Below, one piece after another: positions 1-12,171 of a stretch of DNA of 64,000 nucleotides. The stretch is from NCBI GenBank assembly GCA_963734545.1, contig CAVTHO010000008.1, positions 480,001 to 544,000 of the forward strand, in the 5' to 3' direction. Both the position numbers and the translations under genes were made by a program. A model generated the notes under the pieces. That model had not been told where the DNA came from. It saw nothing but the letters and a program-made list of their open reading frames with translations, and did not search any database. How positions within the stretch are numbered: the stretch's first letter is position 1; each line of letters starts with the position of its first letter. The DNA is from an uncultured Spirochaetota bacterium. GTDB taxonomy: Bacteria > Spirochaetota > Spirochaetia > SZUA-6 > Fen-1364.

Positions 1-499
1 AAACCCATCGCCACGAAAGAGTGTCGGTGAGAAAACCGCCCAGCCACGGCCCGATCACGCTGGAGATGCCGAATACCGCTCCGAACAGGCCCTGGTACTT
101 GCCGCGCTCCGCCGGCGAGAAGAGGTCGGCGACGACGGTAAACGTGGTGGAGAATATGCCCGCGCTTCCGAGCCCCTGAAGCGCCCGGAACACGACAAGC
201 TCAGTCATGCTCCTGGACTGGCCCGAGAGGACCGAGCCGAGGAGGAACGTGACCACGCCGATCAGGACCACGACCTTCCTGCCGTAGAGATCGGAGAGCT
301 TCCCGTAGATGGGGATCATGGAAGTGGAGGCGAGCAGGTACGCGGTCACCACCCAGGTGTAGAGGTTCAGGCCGTTCAGGGTCTGCAGGATCTTCGGCAT
401 CGCGGTGGCCACTATGGTCTGATCGAGAGCGGCGAGAAGAAGCGCCGTCAGGATGCCGGCCAGCGTGAATGCACGTTCCCTGCCTGTCACAGTATACAT
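1..499 (-). CDS. MFS drug-resistance transporter, DHA2 (EmrB/QacA) type; runs off the window edge
   Basis: Manual translation from ATG 499: [35 protein letters not shown]...[22 protein letters not shown] (DHA2 motifs LDQTIV, GKLSDxYGRK); SD AAGGAG upstream. Confidence 0.9.
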   Translation of the reverse strand, partial: MYTVTGRERAFTLAGILTALLLAALDQTIVATAMPKILQTLNGLNLYTWVVTAYLLASTSMIPIYGKLSDLYGRKVVVLIGVVTFLLGSVLSGQSRSMTELVVFRALQGLGSAGIFSTTFTVVADLFSPAERGKYQGLFGAVFGISSVIGPWLGGFLTDTLSWRWV

Positions 500-529
500 G
501 AAGCAGATATCTCCTTTGCGGAGATAAAG

Positions 530-1450
530 CTACTGAGGCAGTTGGTTCAGGTCAAATGGCGTGGCCTGGTAGACGCAGTAGTTGAGCCAGTTGGAATAGA
601 GCAGGTGGGCGTGGGAACGCCAGGTCACCTGCGGCTCCCGGGTCGGGTCGTCATCGGGGTAGTAGTTTCTTGGAACGGCGATCGGAAGGCCCTTTGCCAC
701 GTCCCTGTCGTACTCTGCCTTGAGGGTGAGCCTGTCGTACTCGGGGTGGCCGGTGACGAACACCATGCGCCCATCGTCCGAGGTCGCCATGTAGACGCCG
801 GCTTCTTCGGAAACCGCCAGCAGCTTCAGGCCCTTCACCGCCTCGATGTCAGCCCTCCGCACCTCGGTATGACGCGAATGGGGCGCCATGAACACCTCGT
901 CGAAGCCCCGCAGGATCGGCTCGTGGGGGTCGAGGATCCTGTGCGCGAACAGGCCGAACACCTTGCAGGGGACCGCGTACTTGGGGACCCGGAAGTGATG
1001 ATACAGCGCCGCCTGCGCCCCCCAGCAGATGTGGAGGGTCGACCAGACGTTCGTGCGGCTCCAATCCATGAGGCGCACCAGCTCGGGCCAGTAGTCGACC
1101 TCCTGGAACGGCAGGCTCTCCACGGGGGCGCCGGTGATGACCAGGCCGTCGAAGCGCTCGTGCAGCACGTCGTCCAGGGACTCGTAGAACGCGTCCAGAT
1201 GCTCGGCAGGCGTGTTTTTCGACTCGTGCATGCCCATGCGGATGAAGGTGATATCGACCTGGAGCGGGCTGTTGCCCAGGAGCCGAAGGATCTGGGTCTC
1301 GGTCACGATCTTCGTCGGCATCAGGTTCAACACGGCGATACGCAGCGGACGAATGTCCTGATGGATGGCCCGCTCCGTGGTCATGACGAAGATGTTCTCT
1401 TCACCAAGGATCTTTCGGGCGGGCAGGTCGTTGGGAATCCTTACCGGCAT
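530..1450 (-). CDS. metA: MetA-family homoserine O-acyltransferase (probably acetyl-CoA specific)
   Basis: [25 protein letters not shown] (catalytic Cys), TGHPEY motifs. Confidence 0.95.
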   Translation of the reverse strand: MPVRIPNDLPARKILGEENIFVMTTERAIHQDIRPLRIAVLNLMPTKIVTETQILRLLGNSPLQVDITFIRMGMHESKNTPAEHLDAFYESLDDVLHERFDGLVITGAPVESLPFQEVDYWPELVRLMDWSRTNVWSTLHICWGAQAALYHHFRVPKYAVPCKVFGLFAHRILDPHEPILRGFDEVFMAPHSRHTEVRRADIEAVKGLKLLAVSEEAGVYMATSDDGRMVFVTGHPEYDRLTLKAEYDRDVAKGLPIAVPRNYYPDDDPTREPQVTWRSHAHLLYSNWLNYCVYQATPFDLNQLPQ

Positions 1451-1522
1451 GCTTTTCCTCAGGCGGTAGAATAGAGAAAAACCGCGCGCGTGGGAAGCGG
1501 CCTCCGCACGCTCGCGACCGGT

Positions 1523-2615
1523 CTAGTGCAGCAGCCGCTTCTTGTTGCGGATGTAGTCCGCGAAAAGGAACTCACCGAGCTTGTCCGCCGACGCGTAGTA
1601 CGCCCTGCCCTTGTTGAGGCGCGTCATCTCGTCCACGAAGTCCACCAGCTCGGGGTCCTGCGCGAGCATGAAGGTCGTGATGGTGATGCCGGCCCGCCGG
1701 CAGGCGGATGCGGCCTCCAGGGTCTGGGCAAGGATCTTCGGGTCGAAGCCGTAGGGGTTCTTGTACACTTCCCCGTTCTCCGTGATCGCGGTGGGCTTTC
1801 CGTCAGTCACCATGAAGATCTGCCTGTTGGTCTGCCGGGTGGATTCCAGGATGGACTGCGCCATCTCGAGGCCGGCGCGCGTGTTGGTATGGAAAGGACC
1901 CACCTGCAGATACGGAATGTCGCTGATGGCGATTTCCTTCGCCTCGTCTCCAAAGGTACCGACCCGCAGCGTGTCCTTGGGGTAGCGTGTGAGGATGAGC
2001 TCACACAATGCAAGTGCCACCTGTTTGGCCGGCGTGATGCGATCCTCGCCGTAGAGAATCATGCTGTGGCTGATGTCGACCAGGAGCATGGTGGCGCAGG
2101 AGGACAGGTGCTCCGTCTCGTAGACTTCCAGATCCTCCTCCGCCAGCATGATCTCATCCACACCGGCCCGCTTCACCGCGTTGGAGATCGTGCCCAGCGC
2201 GTCGATCTGGGTCACCGGGTCTCCGAAATTTCCACGCGCGGGTCTCCGTGAGCCTTTCCTCGCCATTGCCCGTGCTGGGCACCCGGTGCTGGCCGAAGCC
2301 GGATTTCTGCAGGCCGTTGAATATCTGGTTCAGCGAATCCTTGCGGATGACCTGCTCGCCCTTGGCGGTGAGACTGTACCCTCCCTCCTTGAGCTTCTCG
2401 ATGATCCGCTGCTCCTCGAGCTGCCGTCTGAACTCCGCCAGGTCGATGTCGGCGTCCAGCGAGCCGCGCTCCTGCAGGTATTCCATCCATTTAAAGACAC
2501 GATCGACATCCCCGCCTGCCATGAGCAGGAGATAGTTGAACAGGCTCATGAGGTCCTGGAATGATTTCAGCAGATTCTGGAGCGTCTGGTCCCACTCGGA
2601 ATACTCCCACAGCAT
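1523..2615 (-). CDS. VWA-domain protein, one frameshift near 2227
   Basis: ORFs 2154-2615 and 1523-2266 join if one base of ...TGGAAATTTCGGAGAC is removed (WKFGDPVTQID); MIDAS-like DISHSM, TNT, TDG. Confidence 0.85.
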
Positions 2616-2628
2616 GCGCGCCGCCTTC

Positions 2629-4164
2629 CTAGTTGTCGCCGCTCGTCGCCATGTGGTCGAACATGGCCTTCAGCATGTCACGGTAGGCGGTTTTCACGCC
2701 CTCCTCGCGCTTGGAGACCATGGAATGCTGGTGCAGCCCCTCCAGAACGAACTCCATGGCCAGGGGGATCCCGTCCCCGTCCTTCAGGTCCAGGTGCTTG
2801 GCCGCGATCTCCTTCAAGCCGGTCACTCTTTCGAGTCGTTTCACGTAGTCGTCATGGGGGAGCTCGTCCGATGTCTCCACCGTGTTCCCCTTCGAAAACC
2901 AGCTGAGGATGGGCTGGAAGGGGGACGGCTCCTGCCGGCCCGCCGCCGGGTCTTCCACGTTCTCCCGTTCCATCCGCGAGCCCGCGGATTCCTTCTTCTT
3001 CTTTTTCGGGGTCGGATCCGGGAACCATCTGCGGAAAGTCTCCTTCACCGCCTCTCCAATGATTTTTCGCGCCACGATGGCTGCCCCCTGCTGCTCGCCC
3101 TCATACACCAGCTCCACCTTGCCGGTGATGGCGGTCACGGCCGCGTGCAGGTCTCCGATGCGGGGATAGACGTGCTTCTCCTGCTGGACGATGGCGCGCC
3201 GCTCCATGTTGCTCATCACGTTCTCCATCAGGGAGATGCTCATGCGCGCGGAGACTCCCGAGGCCTGGTTGACGTATTCGCTGGCGCGCGCCGCGAATGC
3301 CACTTCCTCCACCAGCTCCCGGTACCAGTCCGGCATGACCAGCTCGATGCCGCCCTCCCTCTTCGTCCACGCCTCCTGTGCCGTTATCCGCATTGCCGCC
3401 TGCCGGTCCTGGGGATAGTGGGTGATGATCTGGGAGTCGATCCGGTCCTTCAGCGGGGTGATGATGTTGCCCCTGTTGGTGTAGTCCTCGGGATTCGCCG
3501 AATAGACCATGAGAATGTCCATCTGCATCCGGATGGGGAATCCGCGGATCTGGATGTCTTTCTCTTCCATGATATTCAACAGGCCCACCTGGATCCGGGG
3601 CGGGAGGTCAGGAAGCTCGTTGATGGCGAAGATGCCGCGATTGGTCCTCGGGATGATGCCGAAATGGATGACTTCCTCGTCCGCGTAGGCCAGCTTGCGG
3701 GTGGCGGCCTTGATCGGGTCGATGTCACCGATGAGGTCCGCGATGGTGACATCCGGAGTGGCCAGCTTCTCCCGATAGCGCGCCTCGCGCGGCAGCCATT
3801 CGATCGGCGCGGCGTCTCCGAGCGTGGCGATCGCCTCCCTGCCCTTTCTGCTCACGGGCGCAAAGGGGTCGTCATTCGTCTCGGTTCCCGCGATGACGGG
3901 GATCTGCTCGTCGAGGAATCTCACGAGATTGCGCAGAATGCGGGTCTTGGCCTGGCCGCGCAGCCCCAGAAGGATGAAGTCATGCTTCGAAAGGATCGCG
4001 TTGACCAGGCCGGGGATGACGGTGGTATCGTAGCCGATGATGCCGGGAAAAAGCTCCTCCCGCGAGCGGAGCATGCGGACGAGGTTGGCGCGCATTTCGT
4101 CCTTCACCGTCCGCCGCTCGTAACCGGCCGATCTCAGCTCTCCAAGGGTTTTCGGAAATTTCAA
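2629..4164 (-). CDS. Magnesium-chelatase/MoxR-related AAA+ ATPase
   Basis: GLRGQAKT Walker A variant, LIGDIDPIKA, FAINELPDL, ANPEDYTNRG; TTG start at 4164 preceded by GGAGG. Confidence 0.85.
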   Translation of the reverse strand: MKFPKTLGELRSAGYERRTVKDEMRANLVRMLRSREELFPGIIGYDTTVIPGLVNAILSKHDFILLGLRGQAKTRILRNLVRFLDEQIPVIAGTETNDDPFAPVSRKGREAIATLGDAAPIEWLPREARYREKLATPDVTIADLIGDIDPIKAATRKLAYADEEVIHFGIIPRTNRGIFAINELPDLPPRIQVGLLNIMEEKDIQIRGFPIRMQMDILMVYSANPEDYTNRGNIITPLKDRIDSQIITHYPQDRQAAMRITAQEAWTKREGGIELVMPDWYRELVEEVAFAARASEYVNQASGVSARMSISLMENVMSNMERRAIVQQEKHVYPRIGDLHAAVTAITGKVELVYEGEQQGAAIVARKIIGEAVKETFRRWFPDPTPKKKKKESAGSRMERENVEDPAAGRQEPSPFQPILSWFSKGNTVETSDELPHDDYVKRLERVTGLKEIAAKHLDLKDGDGIPLAMEFVLEGLHQHSMVSKREEGVKTAYRDMLKAMFDHMATSGDN

Positions 4165-4267
4165 CTCGCCCTCCAATCTTCAATTGAAAAAGGTACTGAA
4201 TTCCGGAGGGAATGGGGCAAGAAAGCCTCCCCTCGCGGCGATGCGTGGAATTCGCTATACTGCATCG

Positions 4268-5188
4268 ATGCGCCGGATCGCGACTGCCAGCCTTATCTTC
4301 TTGCTTACCCAGGGGTCGATCTACGCCGCGGAAGGCGCGCATGGCGCCGCCGGCAGCGGGGAGAGCTTCAACCTCTCGACTGCTCTGTTCGCCGAGCTCA
4401 CCGACAACTTCGACCAGCCCTACGCCACGTTCGACATCGCCATCGGGAGCCTGCGCTTTCCCGTCAAGATCACGAAGCATTTCATCCTCATCGGAGTGGT
4501 CGGTCTGCTGGTGCTCGCCAGCATGTTCTACCTTGCGCGCAAGCTGAAGGACCCGTTCAAGAAGCCCACCCGGCTGCAGAGCCTGTTCGAGTCCCTCATC
4601 CAGTACATGAGCGACACGGTCTACCAGCCGGTCCTTGGGACGGAGGGCAAGCGGTTCTACCTCCTGTGCTTCTCCTTCTTCCTGTTCATTCTCTACTCGA
4701 ACCTGCTGGGCATGATCCCTCCCTTCGCCCGTCTGCGGCCCGCCGGAGCGAGCGAGGCGGTCTGGCTGGGCGGAGCGGTCACCGGCAACCTGGCGACGAC
4801 GGCCGGCCTGGGGATCATCACGTTCGTCGTGCTGAACGTGGCGGGAATGCGGAGCAAGGGCATCATCGGGTACTGGAAGGACCTTGTGCCGCACGGCACA
4901 CCGGGGTGGATGGTCCCCTTCACATTGCTTTTCGAGGTGGTCGGCATCTTCTCCAAGACCATCGCCCTCATCATGAGGCTCTTTGCCAACATGATCGGCG
5001 GACACGTGGCGATCCTCCTCATCCTGCTCCTCATATTGAAGTTCCAGTCCCTCGCTATCGGTCCCGTGGCCGTCCTGGTGGACCTTGCCATCTCCGCCCT
5101 GGAGCTGTTCGTCGCCGTGCTGCAGGCCTACATATTCTCGTTTCTCTCGGCCATGTTCATCGGTCTTGCCATACGAAAGCACTCATAG
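4268..5188 (+). CDS. atpB: F0F1 ATP synthase subunit a
   Basis: MRLFANMIGGH, ELFVAVLQAYIF; first gene of atp cluster; start approximate. Confidence 0.95.
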   Translation: MRRIATASLIFLLTQGSIYAAEGAHGAAGSGESFNLSTALFAELTDNFDQPYATFDIAIGSLRFPVKITKHFILIGVVGLLVLASMFYLARKLKDPFKKPTRLQSLFESLIQYMSDTVYQPVLGTEGKRFYLLCFSFFLFILYSNLLGMIPPFARLRPAGASEAVWLGGAVTGNLATTAGLGIITFVVLNVAGMRSKGIIGYWKDLVPHGTPGWMVPFTLLFEVVGIFSKTIALIMRLFANMIGGHVAILLILLLILKFQSLAIGPVAVLVDLAISALELFVAVLQAYIFSFLSAMFIGLAIRKHS

Positions 5189-5243
5189 CGTTCATGCGGC
5201 GCCCTGGGGTTCCGCGGAAAGATCTCTCGGAAGGAGTACGATT

Positions 5244-5495
5244 ATGGATCTGGCAACATTAGCACCTGCCATCATGAAGTTCGGCGCGTTCATCGGCGCA
5301 ACCATCGGCGCCGGGCTCGCGGTCCTCGGCGTCGGGCTCGGCCTGGGGAAGATCGGCGCGAGCGCCGTCGAGGGCATCGCGCGTCAGCCGGAAGCGGCCG
5401 GCAAGATCCAGACGAACATGCTGCTCACCGCCGTGCTCGTGGAGGGGGTCGGCATCATCGCGCTGGTCATCTGCATTCTCGCCATTGTCATGTAG
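5244..5495 (+). CDS. atpE: F0F1 ATP synthase subunit c
   Basis: GxGxG helix, ARQPE loop, LVEGV carboxylate; SD AAGGAG. Confidence 0.95.
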   Translation: MDLATLAPAIMKFGAFIGATIGAGLAVLGVGLGLGKIGASAVEGIARQPEAAGKIQTNMLLTAVLVEGVGIIALVICILAIVM

Positions 5496-5507
5496 GAGGG
5501 GTGAGGG

Positions 5508-6032
5508 ATGGCTCTCCTCCGCATAGATCCCGGCCTCGTCATCTGGCTGTGGATCACATTCGGCATCATCCTCCTGATCCTGCGGTTCACCGTGTGGGAC
5601 AGGATCACCGGGGCGCTGGACAAGAGGTCGGAGAGGATCGAGACGGACCTCGCGTCCGCCCGGAAGGCGGGAGAGAAGGCCACCGCCGTGCTCGCCGAGT
5701 ACGACAGGACGATCCGCGAGGGCAAGGCCGAGGCCGCGCTCATCATCGAGGGCGCGCGCACGGAGGCCTCGCGTCTCCGGGAGGACATCCTCGCCAGGTC
5801 CCACCAGGAGGCCCGCGAGCAGATGGACAGGGCAAAGCAGGAGATCGAGAAGGCACGGGAAGACGCGGAGCGGGCGCTCCGCGGCCAGGTCGTCTCCCTC
5901 TCATTCTCCATCGCGGACGCCATCCTGAAACGGGAGACGGGCACATCGGACAACCGGATGTTCGTCGAGGAGTTCGCCGACAAGCTCATTGCCGGCGCTC
6001 CCGCCGGCCCCGGCGCAGGCTCCCGGAACTGA
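5508..6032 (+). CDS. atpF: F0F1 ATP synthase subunit b
   Basis: N-terminal TM (DPGLVIWLWITF) followed by a charged coiled coil; operon position. Confidence 0.93.
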   Translation: MALLRIDPGLVIWLWITFGIILLILRFTVWDRITGALDKRSERIETDLASARKAGEKATAVLAEYDRTIREGKAEAALIIEGARTEASRLREDILARSHQEAREQMDRAKQEIEKAREDAERALRGQVVSLSFSIADAILKRETGTSDNRMFVEEFADKLIAGAPAGPGAGSRN

Positions 6033-6043
6033 AGGGCGCGGAG

Positions 6044-6580
6044 ATGACCAGCGGCATTGCCCGCAACTACGCCCGCGCGCTGTTCGATCTCGCCGTGGAG
6101 ACCGGTGACCTCCTTGCCGTGGAAGCGGACCTCGGCACGGCGCGCGACCTGCTGTACACGGCGAAGGACGCGCGCGCGTTCCTGGGCAACAGGCTGATCG
6201 GCCGGACCACGAAGAAGAACCTCATCCGGAAGGCGTTCGAGGGAAGGATAGACTCCCGGCTCATGGTCCTCCTTTACCTTCTGGCCAATCGCGGCCGCAC
6301 GGAGCTCATCGGTGAGATCGCGGAGGAATACGAGAGGCTCTCCCGGCTTGCCCGTGGCGTGCGGAACGTGAAGATCGTCTCCGCTTTCCCGCTCGGAAAA
6401 GAGGAGAAGGCGCTCATCACACGTTCACTCGAAGAACGGTGGAAGGCCAGCGTGGAGCTGCGGACGGAGGTTCGCCCCTCTCTCATCGGCGGCGTTGTCG
6501 CGGAGAGCGAGGGTCAGGAGATCGAGCTCAGCATCCAGGGTCAGTTGAAGGGCCTGGCCGACAGGCTCGAAGGAAAGTAG
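6044..6580 (+). CDS. atpH: F0F1 ATP synthase subunit delta
   Basis: [11 protein letters not shown]-terminus, PSLIGG C-terminus. Confidence 0.92.
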   Translation: MTSGIARNYARALFDLAVETGDLLAVEADLGTARDLLYTAKDARAFLGNRLIGRTTKKNLIRKAFEGRIDSRLMVLLYLLANRGRTELIGEIAEEYERLSRLARGVRNVKIVSAFPLGKEEKALITRSLEERWKASVELRTEVRPSLIGGVVAESEGQEIELSIQGQLKGLADRLEGK

Positions 6581-6584
6581 CGGA

Positions 6585-6606
6585 GAAATGCGCGGGGTAC
6601 CGCGCA
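6585..6606. repeat. Short GTAC-cored palindrome in the atpH-atpA spacer; degenerate member of the dispersed repeat family
   Basis: TGCGCGG-GGTA-CCGCGCA; GAAATGCGCGGGGTACCGCG resembles the reverse complement of the unit at 36404-36427. Confidence 0.5.
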
Positions 6607-6618
6607 GGGGGACAGCCT

Positions 6619-8119
6619 ATGCGCATCAATCTCGAAGAGATATCGACACGGATCAAGGAAGAGATCCGCAACTACTCCAAGAACCTGACCGTCGAGGATG
6701 TCGGGACCGTGGTGGAGCTCGGGGACGGCATTGCGCGCATCTACGGCATGCGCGGCGCCATGGCAATGGAGATGCTCGAATTCGAAACGGGCGTCTACGG
6801 GCTCGCGTTGAACCTGGAGGAGGACAGCGTCGGCGCCGTCATCCTCGGGAACTACCTCGACCTTCACGAGGGGGGCAAGGTCAGGAGAACAGGCAGGGTC
6901 CTGGAGGTGCCGGTCGGTCACGAGCTCGTGGGAAGGGTGGTCAATCCCCTGGGCATTCCCGTCGATGACAAGGGCGAGCTGAAAACGGTCCGGACCCGGC
7001 CGGTGGAGTTCAAGGCGCCCGGGCATCCGCGACCGCCAGCCGGTCAAGGAGCCGCTGCAGACGGGGGTGAAGGCCATTGACGCGATGGTGCCCATCGGCA
7101 GGGGACAGCGCGAGCTCCTGATCGGAGACCGGGGAACCGGCAAGGAATCCCTGGCCATGGACGCCATCATCAACCAGAAAGGCAGGGGCGTGATCTGCGT
7201 CTACGTTGCCGTGGGGCAGAAGGCCTCAATGGTGGCGGGTATCGTGGAAGCGCTGCGCGAGCGCGGCGCCATGGAGCACACCATCATCGTGGCGGCCACG
7301 GCCGCCGAGCCCGCCGCCCTGCAGTACATCGCCCCCTATGCGGGATGCGCGATGGCCGAGTACTTCATGTACGAGGAGCACAAGGACACGCTGTGCGTGT
7401 ACGACGATCTTTCGCGGCAGGCCAACGCCTACCGGCAGCTCTCCCTGCTCCTGCGCAGGCCGCCCGGACGCGAGGCCTACCCCGGCGACGTTTTCTATCT
7501 CCATTCGCGCCTGCTGGAGCGCGCCGCGCGGCTTTCCAATGAACAGGGAGGCGGCTCTCTCACGGCGCTCCCCCTGATCGAAACCCAGGAGGGAGAGGTC
7601 TCCGCGTACATCCCCACGAACGTGATCTCGATCACCGACGGCCAGATCTACCTGCGCACGGATCTGTACAACTCGGGGATACGGCCCGCCATCGACGTCG
7701 GCCTGTCCGTCTCCCGCGTGGGCGGCAACGCGCAGATCAAGGCGATGAAACAGGTCGCCGGGTCGCTGCGGATCGACCTGGCCGCCTATCGGGAGCTGGA
7801 GGCCTTCTCCCAGATGGGGACCGAGCTGGACAAGGCCACCCAGGCCCAACTCGCCCGCGGGGCGCGCATGGTGGAGGTGCTCAAGCAGCAGCAGTACAGC
7901 CCGATGCCGGTGGAAGAGCAGGTCATGATCCTCTATGCCGCCACCCGCGGCTACATGGACGACGTGCCCGTGATGCGCGTGCGCGAGTTCGAGACGAAGT
8001 TCCTCGCCTGGCTGCGCAGCGAGAAGCCGGAGATACTGGCGGGCATCAGGAACCTCGGGACGCTGTCGGAGCCCGAGGTGCTCACCGCGGCCATCGCGGC
8101 GTTCAAGAAGACGTTCTAG
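6619..8119 (+). CDS. atpA: F0F1 ATP synthase subunit alpha, one frameshift near 7021-7023
   Basis: [18 protein letters not shown]; an extra G in CCCGGGCATC breaks the frame; [36 protein letters not shown]. Confidence 0.96.
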
Positions 8120-8122
8120 GCC

Positions 8123-10764
<2,642 letters not shown>

Positions 10765-10803
10765 AGCCCCGGGTTATCATCAAACACGTGTTCGGTGATC
10801 AGG

Positions 10804-10824
10804 CGGAGGCTTTCAAAGCCTCCG
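10804..10824 (+). terminator. Hairpin after the atp operon (no U-tract)
   Basis: CGGAGGCTTT-C-AAAGCCTCCG inverted repeat. Confidence 0.4.
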
Positions 10825-10886
10825 GAAGCGGCCTCACGCTCCGCACAACGCCTTGTAAAAATTTTTCGCGCGCGTGCACGAAACTC

Positions 10887-10915
10887 TTGACAAGTACGCA
10901 CCGAAGCACTATGAT
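10887..10915 (+). promoter_or_regulatory. Near-consensus sigma70 promoter
   Basis: TTGACA-17 bp-TATGAT, 43 bp upstream of a GTG with SD GGGAGG. Confidence 0.8.
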
Positions 10916-10958
10916 CTTACACGATTTTAATTCTATGAGATGAGAGGGAGGGGTTACC

Positions 10959-11063
10959 GTGGCTGTAAAGAAGACAGCGAAGAAAGGCGCCAAGAAGAGC
11001 GCCAAGAAGTCGGCCAAGAAGCCGGCGAAGAAAGCCGCCAAGAAGACGGCTAAGAAGAGGTAG
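10959..11063 (+). CDS. 34-aa Lys/Ala-rich histone-H1-like microprotein
   Basis: MAVKKTAKKGAKKSAKKSAKKPAKKAAKKTAKKR*; synonymous codon variation among repeats; promoter, SD and terminator present; below the ORF-track size cutoff. Confidence 0.85.
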   Translation: MAVKKTAKKGAKKSAKKSAKKPAKKAAKKTAKKR

Positions 11064-11080
11064 GGGAGAGACAATCTCCC

Positions 11081-11128
11081 GCGCGGGGGAGGAGAACGGA
11101 CAATCTCTTCCCCCGCGTTCTTTTTTTT
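11081..11128 (+). terminator. Rho-independent terminator
   Basis: GCGCGGGGGAGGAGA...TCTCTTCCCCCGCGT stem followed by a run of 8 T. Confidence 0.85.
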
Positions 11129-11236
11129 CGCCCACAAGTATTCCCCCCAGGGGAGCGGGCGGTGATCCGCGACTTCAAGGTCTTAAAAACTGCACCGAAC
11201 GAGAGAGACGTATCACGCGCGAGCCTGCGCGATTTT

Positions 11237-12110
11237 TCACCTCCCGAGTATCTTCAGACATTCAAAGAGAACACGTTCCGCGCTGATTCCCTCCATGCCT
11301 GCGCGCGGCGACTCAATTGCGCGCACCGTGCGCCCCCGCGGCAGCCATACCCGCTGGTCGGTGGCGCCGAACAGAACGACAGTGGGACATCCGCACGCGG
11401 CGGCAAGATGAGTCACTCCGGAATCGTTGCCGATGTACAACCGGCAGCGCGAAAGAGATCCGGCAAGGGCGTGGAGATTCAGATCCCGCCAGGTATGCGC
11501 ATCTGACGGCAGGACGATTTCCGCCTCCGCAGGGCCCACGATCCATGCGACCTCCTCGCCCGCGGATTCCAGGGATCGCGCGACCTCCATGAAGCGTTCG
11601 AGTGCCCAGTTCTTCCGGGAGCTGCCGCTGCCGGGATGAATGGCAACCGCCGCCTCCGCGCGGGACTGCGCGGGGCCCGAGGTATCGACCCGCGGCACCC
11701 GCGCCTCGTCGGTGAATGCAAGCTCGGAAAACAGCGACAGATGATAGTCGACGATGGAGACCGGGACCGAAGGAAAGGGGTCCTGGCGCAGGATCGAGCG
11801 CACGCCGCATGACGCGAGCCGGTCCCTGAGGGGTGAGGAGTCCTGAGCGAACAGCGAGGGCGGAAGCAACACGCGAGAGGCGCTCCACGAGAGGGGCCGG
11901 CGTGCCGGTATCGGAAGAAAAGAGCGGCGCGCACAGGGCAGATTCGGCATCCAGGACCTCGTCGAACATGGGAGCGGCGAGCGCGGCGTGCGCCGGCTTG
12001 CCCAGCAGAAGTAGCCGCTCCCGGTCGTGCAGCCTGCGCCAGGCGGCCATCGCGGGCAGCGTCGTGATGAAATCCCCCAGTGCGCCTGCGTGGTAGACCA
12101 GGCTGGTCAT
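11237..12110 (-). CDS. Glycosyltransferase family 9 (heptosyltransferase-like), frameshift near 11860
   Basis: GALGDFITTLP N-terminus; IHPGSGSSRKNW; IGNDSGVTHLAAA...LFG. Confidence 0.88.
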
Positions 12111-12171
12111 TTTCGTACCGTAGCACAGGAGGCGCGTTTCTGGTAATAAAGAGCAAAGAGGTGATCTCCCC

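Noticed and set aside
2536-5262. 908-aa plus-strand ORF
   Set aside because: Shadow ORF antisense to the ATPase and out of frame with atpB; typical of high-GC DNA, with no motifs
7015-7030. Programmed frameshifting in atpA and other split genes
   Set aside because: No slippery heptamer or stimulatory structure, and too many unrelated genes are affected
10799-11137. Minus-strand hydrophobic ORFs (FLAxFLA repeats)
   Set aside because: Antisense reading of the AKK microprotein; promoter, SD and terminator all support the plus strand
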